From positions 384,001 to 448,000 of the forward strand of contig AP038806.1 of assembly GCA_047150005.1 (NCBI GenBank): a stretch of 64,000 nt of DNA, written 5' to 3'. Source of the DNA: Nitrospira sp. (GTDB taxonomy: Bacteria > Nitrospirota > Nitrospiria > Nitrospirales > Nitrospiraceae). Positions 9,339 through 19,351 of this stretch are shown one piece after another. The notes under the pieces were generated by a model that worked only from the letters and a program-made list of their open reading frames with translations, ran no database searches and had not been told where the DNA came from. Numbering within the stretch: the stretch's first letter is position 1; every line of letters starts with the position of its first letter. The position numbers and the translations under genes are program-made.

Positions 9339-10352
9339 TCAGGCGCATCTCCGCGCGGAGCCCACAATGCCGTTGGAACCGTATCGGACTTCGATGTCCG
9401 ACAGCTTGACCTCTTCGAACCACGACCGGATGTCACCAATCGTTTGGGGCTGGTCGTACTTCGGCGATAAGGAATTGAACGTGTCGAGAATGGCCCAGTC
9501 CATGATTTGTTGCTCTGACAGCGGCAACACTCCGGTATAATTCCAACAGGGGACAATCCCGCGCGCATAGTTCGCAAATCGCCAGAGGAACGGTATCTGA
9601 TCGAGCTTGTTATCTAACGGCAGCCACCAGGGCATGTACCACTTCACGAATCGGAATAAGAGATCCTCCGGCAGACGTTTCGTCACCGGTCGCCACAGAT
9701 ATTTGCTTGTCCATCGGCTGGGCCATTTGTCCTTTCGATACACGTCCACAGCCAGCTTCCCTCCGGGCTTGAGAAAATCGATCAAACTCATGAAGGCCCG
9801 CTTCACATCAGGCGTGTATTGGAGGACTCCAAAGCAAAATACCTTATCGAAAGAGAACTTTCTGAACGGCATCGCATAGACATCCCCTTGAACGACGTTC
9901 AGGCGGGGGTGGGGTCCATGGTTGGCCCAACAGGCATCGACGACATTGCTATAGTCCAGAGACCAGACTTCTGCCCCGGCATCCAGCATCACTTGAGTGA
10001 ACCGACCGGCTCCGCACCCCACCTCCAAAATTCGTTGCCCCTTCAACTCCCCTGCAGACCAACCGGTGCCACTATAGAATCTCGTAGCGGAGATCGTCGT
10101 TCCATTGACGCGATCGATTTGCAACTGCCGAAAGCTCTCCCATTGCCAGCCGAATTTCATGCGGTATGAACTATCGTCCACAAATCTCGGAATGAATTTT
10201 CGAATCGGCACAAGGCGATTCGACGAAGGGTCAATTAGGCACCCCTCTTTGATTTCGTCGCCGACCTTCTCATCCACCTGCTTCAACTCAAATTCACTTC
10301 CGTTCGCAGGCAGGACAAAGGCCTTCACAGCTTCATGCCGCATAGCTCTCAC
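9339..10352 (-). CDS. Class I SAM-dependent methyltransferase
   Basis: ILEVGCGAGRF motif I, FDKVFCFGVL, LKPGG. Confidence 0.88.
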   Translation of the reverse strand: MRAMRHEAVKAFVLPANGSEFELKQVDEKVGDEIKEGCLIDPSSNRLVPIRKFIPRFVDDSSYRMKFGWQWESFRQLQIDRVNGTTISATRFYSGTGWSAGELKGQRILEVGCGAGRFTQVMLDAGAEVWSLDYSNVVDACWANHGPHPRLNVVQGDVYAMPFRKFSFDKVFCFGVLQYTPDVKRAFMSLIDFLKPGGKLAVDVYRKDKWPSRWTSKYLWRPVTKRLPEDLLFRFVKWYMPWWLPLDNKLDQIPFLWRFANYARGIVPCWNYTGVLPLSEQQIMDWAILDTFNSLSPKYDQPQTIGDIRSWFEEVKLSDIEVRYGSNGIVGSARRCA

Positions 10353-10456
10353 TCCCCTTTTATTAAATGATCAAAGACATCCGGACGGGCACATACATGC
10401 GGGCCGGTGTAGAGACGCTGCTATGACGCAACCGCCAGCGCGGTACGTGGAAGCGA

Positions 10457-11503
10457 TCACGCGCCGTACCATCGAAGAAGCTGGCGATCGAACTCATCTC
10501 CATCCCAATCACGGACGAGAAAGCGGGGTAACTGCCAGGGATCAGTGTCTGGCCGCACAAGACCTTCGAAATTCGAGCAGGCATAATCATATCCGGCTTC
10601 TCGTACCAGGCTTACGGTCTGCGTCGTGTAATCCGAACGTGTTCCGTACGGATAGGCAAAGCTCCTTACCGGATATCCTAAGATTTCCTCCAGCCGACTC
10701 TTGCTCCGTCCTATCTCCTCTCGCTGCATCGAAACCGGAAGTGCGGAGAGAACCGGATGCGTCACAGTGTGGGAGCCCGCTTCCACAAACCCGTCTTTGG
10801 TCGCCTGACGGACCTCGTCGGGAGTGAGTGCACGATAGGCAGGACGACCAGGTGACACCGTCTTTGCCCAGACTTCCAGCGTCTTGAACACCGCTCGCTG
10901 TTCCTGATCTGGCAAGGGGTGGAGGAGTTGGCAAAGAGACCGATACACCTCATGCCGTGGAGTGGGATTCTCCGGTCGGACCACATTCCAAACGCGATTC
11001 CGCCGGTACGCATCCTCGCTATACTCGGCCGCATCCCCGAGGTACCACCGATGCGCGCGTCCGTTGACGGTCAGGGAGAGCTCTTGGGGCAAGGTGCCCG
11101 GTTGCAAGAAGAGTCGTTCAACTTCGTCCCACCAGAATTCCCGGTCATGTCCAAGGTATCCGGTCGCGACGAAGAAGGTCGCGGGAATGTCATGACGCCT
11201 GAGTAAGGGTCCGCCACTGATCAGGTTGTCCGCATATCCGTCGTCAAATGTGACCGCTACTGCCCGCTGTGGCAGTTTGTTCTCTCGCCATGCTCGAACC
11301 ATGTCTTCGAGCCTCATGGGATGTGCCTGCTTCTGCAGAATCTCGAGGTGTTGTTCAAAGCGCTCGGGAGTCACGCTCAGCAGCTGAGGATCCGATTGTA
11401 AATCGGCGATCCGATGGTACAGCAGAATGAGAGGCTTCCGATTGAATCGGCCTTTAAGCCGCCGAGCGGCTTGTCGCAACGTTGTAATTCCTTGTCGAAT
11501 CAT
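10457..11503 (-). CDS. Polysaccharide deacetylase (CE4/NodB)
   Basis: LLYHRI, TFDDGY, GSHTVTH and FAYPYG motifs. Confidence 0.9.
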   Translation of the reverse strand: MIRQGITTLRQAARRLKGRFNRKPLILLYHRIADLQSDPQLLSVTPERFEQHLEILQKQAHPMRLEDMVRAWRENKLPQRAVAVTFDDGYADNLISGGPLLRRHDIPATFFVATGYLGHDREFWWDEVERLFLQPGTLPQELSLTVNGRAHRWYLGDAAEYSEDAYRRNRVWNVVRPENPTPRHEVYRSLCQLLHPLPDQEQRAVFKTLEVWAKTVSPGRPAYRALTPDEVRQATKDGFVEAGSHTVTHPVLSALPVSMQREEIGRSKSRLEEILGYPVRSFAYPYGTRSDYTTQTVSLVREAGYDYACSNFEGLVRPDTDPWQLPRFLVRDWDGDEFDRQLLRWYGA

Positions 11504-12305
11504 CGTCCCTCAGCGGGCTTCACTGCCCGAAGCGCAATAAGCAGTTCATAATCCTGGTCACGATGGTCAAGCTGTCGTTGGTTTAAATCTTCAACCGCAA
11601 GCCCATGTAAAAATGCGACCGCAGAATAGACATTCCCCTACACCTCGACCGAAACATGCTCCGCCGGAAACACTTCCTCCAGGAGTCGCCGTGCCGATCA
11701 AGTGGTAAACCGCCAGTACTCACCCCAACGCTCCATATCATAGCGGCTGATCTGGCTGATCCCGGGCATGGTCGCCAGCAAGCCCCCCCTGGCTTCAGGA
11801 CGGAAAGGACCGTTTCAACCGCCCCTCGAAAATTGTAAATGAATTCCAGAGTCTGGGTGAGAATGATGCAGTCGAAGGCATCTCTGTGTATTCCCTGACC
11901 TGTTGCCAAATCACCAACCAAGGTGGCTTGAAGATTGCCCGAAACAGCATGGAGGACATCCGAACGCGCGACTCTCCCTCCGCCAAACTGACGGGTATAC
12001 CTGGATGTTTCAACCTCCAATACATCTCCTCGGATATCGTCGATATATTTCCTCAAAAAAATTTCTATGTAATACCGGTCTACTCCTTGCCCCCGTTCTA
12101 TGCCGAAGGTAGGGTTGATCGGCGCGAGCCGCTTTAGAGTCCCGAATCGGACCCGCCCAAGCGGAGGCCGCAGACTATAGCGATGCTGCTCCGTGCGAAT
12201 CCACCGCTTCAACGAAACAGGTAACAATCCCTTCGCAGCCGAGATACAGCGGCCGACAATAGAATTATCACTTGGAAGCGCTTCTCGACGAGCTTTCTCG
12301 TCCAT
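11500..12305 (-). pseudogene. Methyltransferase pseudogene (frameshift plus two nonsense codons)
   Basis: After LKPGG the protein-like frame shifts at a G7 run (11783-11789) to LLATMPGISQISRYDMERWGEYWRFTT*SARRLLEEVFPAEHVSVEV*GNVYSAVAFLHGLA...; stops at 11698-11700 and 11638-11640; that frame ends in a TGA overlapping the deacetylase ATG. Confidence 0.85.
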
Positions 12306-12401
12306 CTGAATTCTGCTTTCACCTATTGCCGCACCCACCATGAAGCAGGGGCGACTCACGTGTTCACATGGCCTTGGCGACCGGACTCCACCCACATTGC
12401 C

Positions 12402-13517
12402 CTACAGATATTTGGAGATTATCTCGCTCAAGTCCTGCATTCGCTGAAAATACGTATGTGCCTGCAGCGTTCTGCGCTGTCCTGAGAGCGCGATCGCTTC
12501 GCGCTCGTCCTCATGTTCAAGGTAGTATCGTACCTTCTCGACGCATTCATCAAGGCTTCGATACGCTACGACTTCTTTCTCCAGCTGAAACATCTCGTGA
12601 AGATTTTCCTTCCAATCAGTAACAAGTAGGGCTCCCGTACCGGTCGCTTCATACATGCGCATGTTATTCGCGTAAGACTGGGCGACATCACTGTGATAGT
12701 TGATGACGATCTTTGAACCGGCCAGGATCCTGAACATATTGATACCCCAGACAGCCCCCAGGCAACAAGAACGAATCGGCGAATCCTGTGGCAGGCGTTC
12801 AATTCCGACTCCCCACACATTGATGGGCAATGTCATGCACAATCGCTCCAACAACTGATCCCGCTTGGAATGCGAACTCGTGAAACTGCCGACAAAGGAA
12901 ACAAGAATGTTTTTCTTTTGATGTTTGAGCGCGTGCAAGACCGACGGCTCAAACGCCAACCGATTAAATTCACTGCAAACTCCGATGCCCCGAAAATATT
13001 CCACAAAGTTCGGCAGGGAGGAAATCACAAGATCATAGACGCTCCAGTTCTCTCCGGCAGGTAGGTAGGCCGCAATCTGTCCCGCCAAGAGCCTCGTATG
13101 GGATTTCATTTCGTTGAGAAAGGCACTGCTGATTTCGTCCATGGCCAGGTTCAGAATAACATCAGGCCTGTACCATCTGATCTGAGCGGCCAGGATGGCA
13201 TAAAACCACCGACGCGGTTCGCTGCGTGAAATCCAGGGTACGACCCCTCGTCGCAATCGAAATTCCCAATCCAAACCGATATTGACTCCATGCTCCTGCG
13301 CCCACCGCTTCTGCATGACCTCATTGTTTACGTGCAGATCCTGTGCGTCATGACCAAGCGCCCGTAGGTGTTTGGCGCAAAATCCCGCCATGCCGAAGCA
13401 TGCCTCGGTATGAACGCGCAACTGTTCCTCGAAGGGCCTGACCTCCAGCCCGGGATTTTCGGCATAAAGCCAGGCGGTAAACGCGGGGTAATCTGTGTCT
13501 AGAATGAGGAGCCGCAT
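12402..13517 (-). CDS. CgeB/YkvP-like glycosyltransferase
   Basis: SFVGS, SKIVINYH, NNMRMYEATGTGALLVTD and YYLEHEDEREAIA..G..RTL..HTY motifs. Confidence 0.85.
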   Translation of the reverse strand: MRLLILDTDYPAFTAWLYAENPGLEVRPFEEQLRVHTEACFGMAGFCAKHLRALGHDAQDLHVNNEVMQKRWAQEHGVNIGLDWEFRLRRGVVPWISRSEPRRWFYAILAAQIRWYRPDVILNLAMDEISSAFLNEMKSHTRLLAGQIAAYLPAGENWSVYDLVISSLPNFVEYFRGIGVCSEFNRLAFEPSVLHALKHQKKNILVSFVGSFTSSHSKRDQLLERLCMTLPINVWGVGIERLPQDSPIRSCCLGAVWGINMFRILAGSKIVINYHSDVAQSYANNMRMYEATGTGALLVTDWKENLHEMFQLEKEVVAYRSLDECVEKVRYYLEHEDEREAIALSGQRRTLQAHTYFQRMQDLSEIISKYL

Positions 13518-13624
13518 CGTTCTAATCTAGATTCCTCTTGCCATCGATTCCTGAAGCTTGAAGAACGAAATCTGTTGAATAACGGCAGGAAACAAAGCAG
13601 CTTCGTCGAAAGCTGAGCCGGCTC

Positions 13625-14479
13625 CTAGACTGTCCTCGTATAGGCGAAATTCGCTGGAGGACTAAACACCCGTAATCGATAGTCTATTTTCCGCAGCAAA
13701 CGATCGATTTCTTCAAAGTTTCTTTTCCCGCGCAGCGAGGGCGATTGCAACTCTTCAAATTCGACCAGAATCTGGGAAGGATAGATTCCCTTGCTGATCA
13801 TATCTCTGATCACATCCCTTTGGGCGCCTTCGATATCCAGTTTCAGTAAGACCGGATGCGAGCTCAAAGAGAATGTTTGCAACAGCTTGTCGATCGTGAT
13901 GCATTCCACGTCGCAGGACGGACCTTGCCTCGAATAGTTGTTCTGGAAGTCGACGATACTATGGCTCACGTAGCTCGGATCCGGAGGAGCAAAAAACTCG
14001 ACAGTATTGTTGTGAGTCCAGATCGCCTTGGGGACAAGGTGAAGATTATGGCTGCCGAGCTTGGATAAGTCATACGACTTGACGGGCTGGTTTCCGCCTT
14101 CAACATAACTCGTTTCTCTGCCCATGCCGATCCGCGTCATTATTCCGTCAAAATGCTTGATGGCCCGAACAGTCGGGTCTACAACAATCACCGTTGCGTT
14201 GTACCGTGATGCAAACTCGACATCGAAACTCGCATCTTCCCCCAGCCCGCAACTGATTACAGTTCCACCATAGAATCTTTTGTCCTCCACAAAGTCCCAA
14301 CCTCCATACTCAGTTCCAAGTCTTCGCGTATTCGGAAGCGGGTCGACGGCAAACTTGGGAGTGAGCCAATACTGTTGGAGCGGGCTCATGAGATCTTTCC
14401 CGAGGAGGCGGACGGAGATGGCCCGCCCTACACCACATACCCCTTCGCGTTTGAACGTGTTTATGATTTTACCGACCAT
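13625..14479 (-). CDS. FkbM-family methyltransferase
   Basis: LGTEYGGW, SCGLGEDASFD, LLKLDIEG, QILVEF; start uncertain (ORF extends to 14527). Confidence 0.8.
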   Translation of the reverse strand: MVGKIINTFKREGVCGVGRAISVRLLGKDLMSPLQQYWLTPKFAVDPLPNTRRLGTEYGGWDFVEDKRFYGGTVISCGLGEDASFDVEFASRYNATVIVVDPTVRAIKHFDGIMTRIGMGRETSYVEGGNQPVKSYDLSKLGSHNLHLVPKAIWTHNNTVEFFAPPDPSYVSHSIVDFQNNYSRQGPSCDVECITIDKLLQTFSLSSHPVLLKLDIEGAQRDVIRDMISKGIYPSQILVEFEELQSPSLRGKRNFEEIDRLLRKIDYRLRVFSPPANFAYTRTV

Positions 14480-14627
14480 AGGAACGTGGCTCTCATAGGT
14501 TGTCCCTCCGTTTCGCCTTGCAGCCAATCGAGCAAGGCAGAGTGGTTACAGGCGGGCGGAGGTGTGAGGATTTTCCGTTGCTCATTCCCGGAACGGCCAT
14601 ACCGATTCTAGGGGCATGAGGAAAAAC

Positions 14628-15884
14628 CTAGGCAGCGGGACCTGCCGTCCACTTGTGCTTGACCAGGAATCCCTCATCATGGGTCTTTAATTGGCCCGTG
14701 CCGAAGAAGTCGCCGGCTACGACATTGAGCGATCCCGCCTGCGTCACCCAATCAGCCATGACTCCTCCTACGGTTGAATACAAATTGAACACATACCGAC
14801 CCGGTGCGAGCGGCAACTCAGGAATATGGCAGAACACTCGCCCCTTCGGAGGGAGCGCTTCGAACGGATGCCCACTGGCCTCGCTCGAACAATTGAACAT
14901 GAATTGCCCCAATGTCGTATAGAAGGTGATGTGCATATCCAATCGAGAGATCGGCTTATTGTCGCGTGACCGATAGGACACCGGGATGGTGATGTCTTGA
15001 CCGGAAAGAGCTTCATCGATCGGGGAGCCTTTTCCATCACAGATCGAGACATCCTGGATCCGAATCTCCCCGTTGCCTTGGCGATCCTGTCGTTCCCCCA
15101 CTTGGGTCACTTGACCTGACGCAGCGCCGGCCATGTATTCCTCGATTACCGCGCGCGGAGCCCCCTGCGCCACCAGTCTGCCGCTCTTCAGCATGTAACA
15201 CTGAGAGCAGAGTCCCTGCATCGCGGCCATGTTATGGCTGACAAACAATACCGTTCGGCCTTCTTTCGCCACATCTCCCATCTTGCCCAGGCACTTCTGT
15301 TGAAACTTTGCGTCGCCGACCGCCAGCACCTCGTCCACGACGAGAATTTCAGGTCTCAGATGTGCCGCCACCGAGAACCCCAGACGGACATACATTCCGC
15401 TTGAGTAGTGCTTGACTGGATCATCGATGAACTCCTCCACCCCTGAGAACTCGACGATCTCGTTGAATCTCCGATCAATTTCAGACTTTTTCATTCCTAA
15501 GATGGCCCCGCTGAGATAGACGTTCTCTCGCCCACTGAGGTCGCCCACGAAACCGGTGCCGACTTCGAGGAGGGAACCCATCCGGCCGTACACCTGGGCT
15601 CTCCCCTCAGTCGGCTCCGTGATTCGGGACAGGATTTTCAGCAAGGTGCTCTTGCCGGCTCCGTTGCCACCAACGAACCCTATGACCTCTCCTTGCTTGA
15701 CCTCAAAGCAGATGTCTTGCAACGCCCAGAAACTCTTCTGGCCGAGATGCAGCTGTTTATTGCGTCCCCACAGAGACCTCAGACCATCTGCGAGCTTATC
15801 ACCCAGCCTGTCGTGCCAGTCATTGGCTGACTTTATCTGATACTGCTTTGAGAGATGTTCCACGCGGATGGCGATATTGCCCAT
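14628..15884 (-). CDS. wzt: Polysaccharide ABC transporter ATP-binding protein with Wzt_C domain
   Basis: GGNGAGKST Walker A, YSSGM signature, ILVVDEVLAVGD, SH; C-terminal beta-sandwich extension. Confidence 0.92.
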   Translation of the reverse strand: MGNIAIRVEHLSKQYQIKSANDWHDRLGDKLADGLRSLWGRNKQLHLGQKSFWALQDICFEVKQGEVIGFVGGNGAGKSTLLKILSRITEPTEGRAQVYGRMGSLLEVGTGFVGDLSGRENVYLSGAILGMKKSEIDRRFNEIVEFSGVEEFIDDPVKHYSSGMYVRLGFSVAAHLRPEILVVDEVLAVGDAKFQQKCLGKMGDVAKEGRTVLFVSHNMAAMQGLCSQCYMLKSGRLVAQGAPRAVIEEYMAGAASGQVTQVGERQDRQGNGEIRIQDVSICDGKGSPIDEALSGQDITIPVSYRSRDNKPISRLDMHITFYTTLGQFMFNCSSEASGHPFEALPPKGRVFCHIPELPLAPGRYVFNLYSTVGGVMADWVTQAGSLNVVAGDFFGTGQLKTHDEGFLVKHKWTAGPAA

Positions 15885-15937
15885 GGACCAGAATCCTCAC
15901 CGGGAAGTTTTGATCGTGTCCGCCACTGGCTGATTCC

Positions 15938-18073
15938 TCATGTCTCTTGCTTCGCGGCGGCCGAAACCGGCTCAATCTCAACGACCACGCTGCTCCTTAC
16001 TTCTCCATGCGCAGGATCGGATGGGTTGGAACGGAAGTTCCAAACCCATTCCTGAAGCTCCAATTGGCTGATTTTCCGGTCAGAGGGAGACTTTCTATTG
16101 TAGATTGCGCCGCTCAGAATGAGGAACTTCTGGCAGGTTTCGAGGTCTTTCGCCAGTGAAGCGCCTTTCTCATCGAGATGGCCGCTGAAGCATTTTTTGA
16201 GGAGAGGCGTGTCCCGACCGTCGTAGCGGAGCGCACCGACGGAATCCCCTACACGGACAGGAATAACCGCCCCAGAGGCCTGCCGTCCGACCGCCTTAAA
16301 ATAGCTGATCTCCCCTGAGTAGTTTAATGATGCATACAGGTGCCATGAGGTCATCACGGGGTAGAACTCGACTCTGTAGAAATAGGAGACAGCCATGACG
16401 ACGCAGAAGACAGAGATGAGCCAGGCGTAGCGGAAAATCTGTGGCCCTTCACTGACTTCAAACGTGGTCCGGAGGTCACCGGCTCCCGAAGGCACGGTCG
16501 GACAGTGAGTATCGCAATGAAGCAGAGCGAGACGATTACGCGCGATATAGCCATAGACCCGCTCGCCGAACCACGAGACTCCGGGAACATAGAGCAACGG
16601 GCTCAGCAGCCAAAATGTTGGCAGTGCCTGTGACAAAACACGGTAGCCATAATACCCGACATATGCCTGCCCCCGGCTGATGACATACATCTCTCTATCG
16701 AGATCTTCGATCGTCAGGGCTAATTGATGGCGTCGGTTGTACTCAGCGAGGTTCAACCGACGAAAGTCGATAAATTCAAGCCGGGTGAACAGGTCGAAAA
16801 ATCCCAGCGCCCGAACCGTCCGATTGCAGAGAGGGCAGTGTCCATCGAAGAGGATTTGTATTCGGCCCGAAACGGCCTCCAGCCGTCGCGCGATCGCTTT
16901 CCGGATTCCGGTGAAGTCGTAGAAGACCGCCTGCAGGAGTATGAGATCGATGAAGAGGATCTTCTGCAGTATCAATACCCCTGTATGGAATGTCGCCGTC
17001 AGGATAGGCCAGTACTTGCGAACGGTCTTAGAAAACAACACCGCAATCCACAACGACTCGAAAGCCAGAACGAACAGCCCCAGAAAAACAAACAACGCAT
17101 CAGGGGCCTGAATCAGGGAGAGGGACCAGGACCAAGGGTATTCCCTGGGGAGAAGGGTGTCTTCATAAAAGGTCGCCCTTAAGCCGTCCGCGCTGCCCCA
17201 GGATAGTCCACCACCACGGAGCTTGCAGAGCCCGGTTTCCCAATACGTCACCGCGATCGCCACCCAGCAGGTATACCGGGCCCACCCATACACGGGCACG
17301 GCACGTTCCGGGTCCGGGACTGGCTGTCCTCGGACGACTCTCAGGAGACGATCCACCGACCACCCATCTCCGCAAGGAGTGAAGGAAAGGATCGTGATCA
17401 GATAGAGCGGGACCCATCCCTGGTGCCAGTTGAAGCTATAATCACGCAGGATACCGCCTAACAGGGCGAAACAGACCGCGCCGAGCGGAATGACCAGTCT
17501 TGTCCTATAACCGATCATCCCCAAGAATAAGAGCAATTCCGTCAGAAGCTGAAACACATGCAGTCCTACCTCACTCGCGACCAGCTTGTCGAAACCGAGC
17601 GGAAGGGCGTACAGCCAGCCCATCATCCCCACCGGCTTCCGCGCCTCGACGGGAAGCCATGCAATACTGGGAAGATCCTCTATCACTGTCCACAGCAAGA
17701 GAATTCCGCATGTCCACGCCCTGATCGCGCCGAGTGTCCCGGGTGTCGCTTCTCCCACGAACTTGCGGAAGAATGTCGGACTGGTTGTCATCATGAATAA
17801 CAGCAGGCCAAGTAGCCCGAAGGCTGTGGAGGCCACCGTCATACGCCAAGCAAGTTGATCCCAATCCCGCAGATATTCATCCACTGAATGGGTCGCATGC
17901 CCCTTGATGAGACTATTGAAGAGCGGAAAACTTTGGCCCCGGTGCGCGCTCTCGATCACCGAGGGCACGACCAGATTGGCGAAAACGATCCAGAGGCCCA
18001 ATACCACACACATGGCCACTAGGGGCAACCGGACGCGTTTCATGCCCATCCACAGATCACCGTCGGGGTTCAT
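15938..18073 (-). CDS. HTTM-like membrane protein fused to a DCC-family thiol-disulfide oxidoreductase domain
   Basis: Multi-TM region with FTPCGDGWSVD, YWETGLCKL and FHTGV (HTTM-like); FDGHCPLC and YGYIARNR (DCC1/DUF393); AGGAGG SD before ATG 18073. Confidence 0.75.
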   Translation of the reverse strand: MNPDGDLWMGMKRVRLPLVAMCVVLGLWIVFANLVVPSVIESAHRGQSFPLFNSLIKGHATHSVDEYLRDWDQLAWRMTVASTAFGLLGLLLFMMTTSPTFFRKFVGEATPGTLGAIRAWTCGILLLWTVIEDLPSIAWLPVEARKPVGMMGWLYALPLGFDKLVASEVGLHVFQLLTELLLFLGMIGYRTRLVIPLGAVCFALLGGILRDYSFNWHQGWVPLYLITILSFTPCGDGWSVDRLLRVVRGQPVPDPERAVPVYGWARYTCWVAIAVTYWETGLCKLRGGGLSWGSADGLRATFYEDTLLPREYPWSWSLSLIQAPDALFVFLGLFVLAFESLWIAVLFSKTVRKYWPILTATFHTGVLILQKILFIDLILLQAVFYDFTGIRKAIARRLEAVSGRIQILFDGHCPLCNRTVRALGFFDLFTRLEFIDFRRLNLAEYNRRHQLALTIEDLDREMYVISRGQAYVGYYGYRVLSQALPTFWLLSPLLYVPGVSWFGERVYGYIARNRLALLHCDTHCPTVPSGAGDLRTTFEVSEGPQIFRYAWLISVFCVVMAVSYFYRVEFYPVMTSWHLYASLNYSGEISYFKAVGRQASGAVIPVRVGDSVGALRYDGRDTPLLKKCFSGHLDEKGASLAKDLETCQKFLILSGAIYNRKSPSDRKISQLELQEWVWNFRSNPSDPAHGEVRSSVVVEIEPVSAAAKQET

Positions 18074-18210
18074 TGTTACTACCCTCCTTTGTTTCGGCCT
18101 CCGCAAGGGCTGAAGTCATCATCATGGTGACAGGTCGTTTCATGTTTGCTACTGCCTGATTGCTCTATTCAAGTTTGACAACTGTCGGAAAACACGGCCT
18201 TGTGATGCAT

Positions 18211-19089
18211 CTAAATGATGTCGGCGAAATTCCGTTCCATTCGTTTAAAAAATACCAGCCCGCCTGCGAAAAACAAGAGCACCACCACGACGCTGATGAG
18301 CATCACGGAGAAATCCGGATTCTCTTTGCCCAGCAGTCCCCAGCGGAATCCCTCGATTACCCCGACCATAGGATTCAGGCTATAGATCAGCCGCCAGGAC
18401 TCAGGAACCAGGCTCACAGGGTATACAACGGGCGATGCGAACATCCAAAACTGAGTCAGGAATGGAATCGTGTGACCGATGTCCCGGTAGCGCACATTGA
18501 GGGGGGCCAGCCAGAGCCCTACCGCCAGCGCCGTGACCATGGCCATGACGAGGAATAGCGGCAAGGCCAACAGTCCCCAGCTTGGCGTTACTCCAAACCA
18601 GCCGATCAATCCAAGGAGAAGCAAGAATGCAAACAGGAAATCCACGGCGGGCGTGATCACATCCGATAGAGGAATGATCAAGCGGGGGAAGTACACCTTC
18701 GTAATCAAGTGGGCATTGTTCACAAGGCCGGTCCCGCTCCGCGACAGGGCCTGGCTGAAGTAGGTCCACGGCAACAGACCGGTGTAGGCAAACACCGCGT
18801 AGGGCAAACCGTCTGAAGGAATCTTCGCCAATCTTCCGAAGACTATCGTAAATATTACCATGGTCATGGCCGGCTGAAAGATCGCCCAGCCTGCCCCGAT
18901 GAGCGTCTGCTTATAGCGCACTTTGAGGTCGCGCCAGACGAAAAAATACAACAGCTCGCGGTATTCCCACAATTCCGCGAAATCAAGATTGACAAGCCCG
19001 CGTTGTGGACGGATTTCGACCGTCCACGGTCCCATACCATCCACGGTCGTGTCCATCGCGTCAGGGACTTTCGTTTGGCTGAGGATCAC
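18211..19089 (-). CDS. wzm: Polysaccharide ABC transporter permease
   Basis: RDLKVRYKQT..G..WAI..P, LITKVYFPR, RYRDI, SPVVYP, LNPM motifs of ABC-2 permeases. Confidence 0.92.
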   Translation of the reverse strand: MILSQTKVPDAMDTTVDGMGPWTVEIRPQRGLVNLDFAELWEYRELLYFFVWRDLKVRYKQTLIGAGWAIFQPAMTMVIFTIVFGRLAKIPSDGLPYAVFAYTGLLPWTYFSQALSRSGTGLVNNAHLITKVYFPRLIIPLSDVITPAVDFLFAFLLLLGLIGWFGVTPSWGLLALPLFLVMAMVTALAVGLWLAPLNVRYRDIGHTIPFLTQFWMFASPVVYPVSLVPESWRLIYSLNPMVGVIEGFRWGLLGKENPDFSVMLISVVVVLLFFAGGLVFFKRMERNFADII

Positions 19090-19351
19090 TTCGGCCGCCC
19101 TCTCTTGGATTCATCGCGCATAGTCATGCGCATCCAGATGACCTTTCTCCGCTCGTCAAGACGAGTATTGTTCACGCGTTCGTTTTAGGAGACTATGCAG
19201 AGCCTAGCTTCTAGCGAATCAGAAGCCGACTGGCCTGCAGATGTGTGCTGGAGGCCGGATTGATCGGCGGAATATTCAAACTGTGCCTCAAGATCGGCCG
19301 CAGTCTACATTATTAGGAAAGATCGTTCATTCATCTCATCGTTCCCAAAAC

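Noticed and set aside
11638..11700. In-frame TGA/TAG as selenocysteine or pyrrolysine recoding
   Set aside because: They co-occur with a frameshift, have no evident SECIS, and sit at non-catalytic positions; decay is simpler
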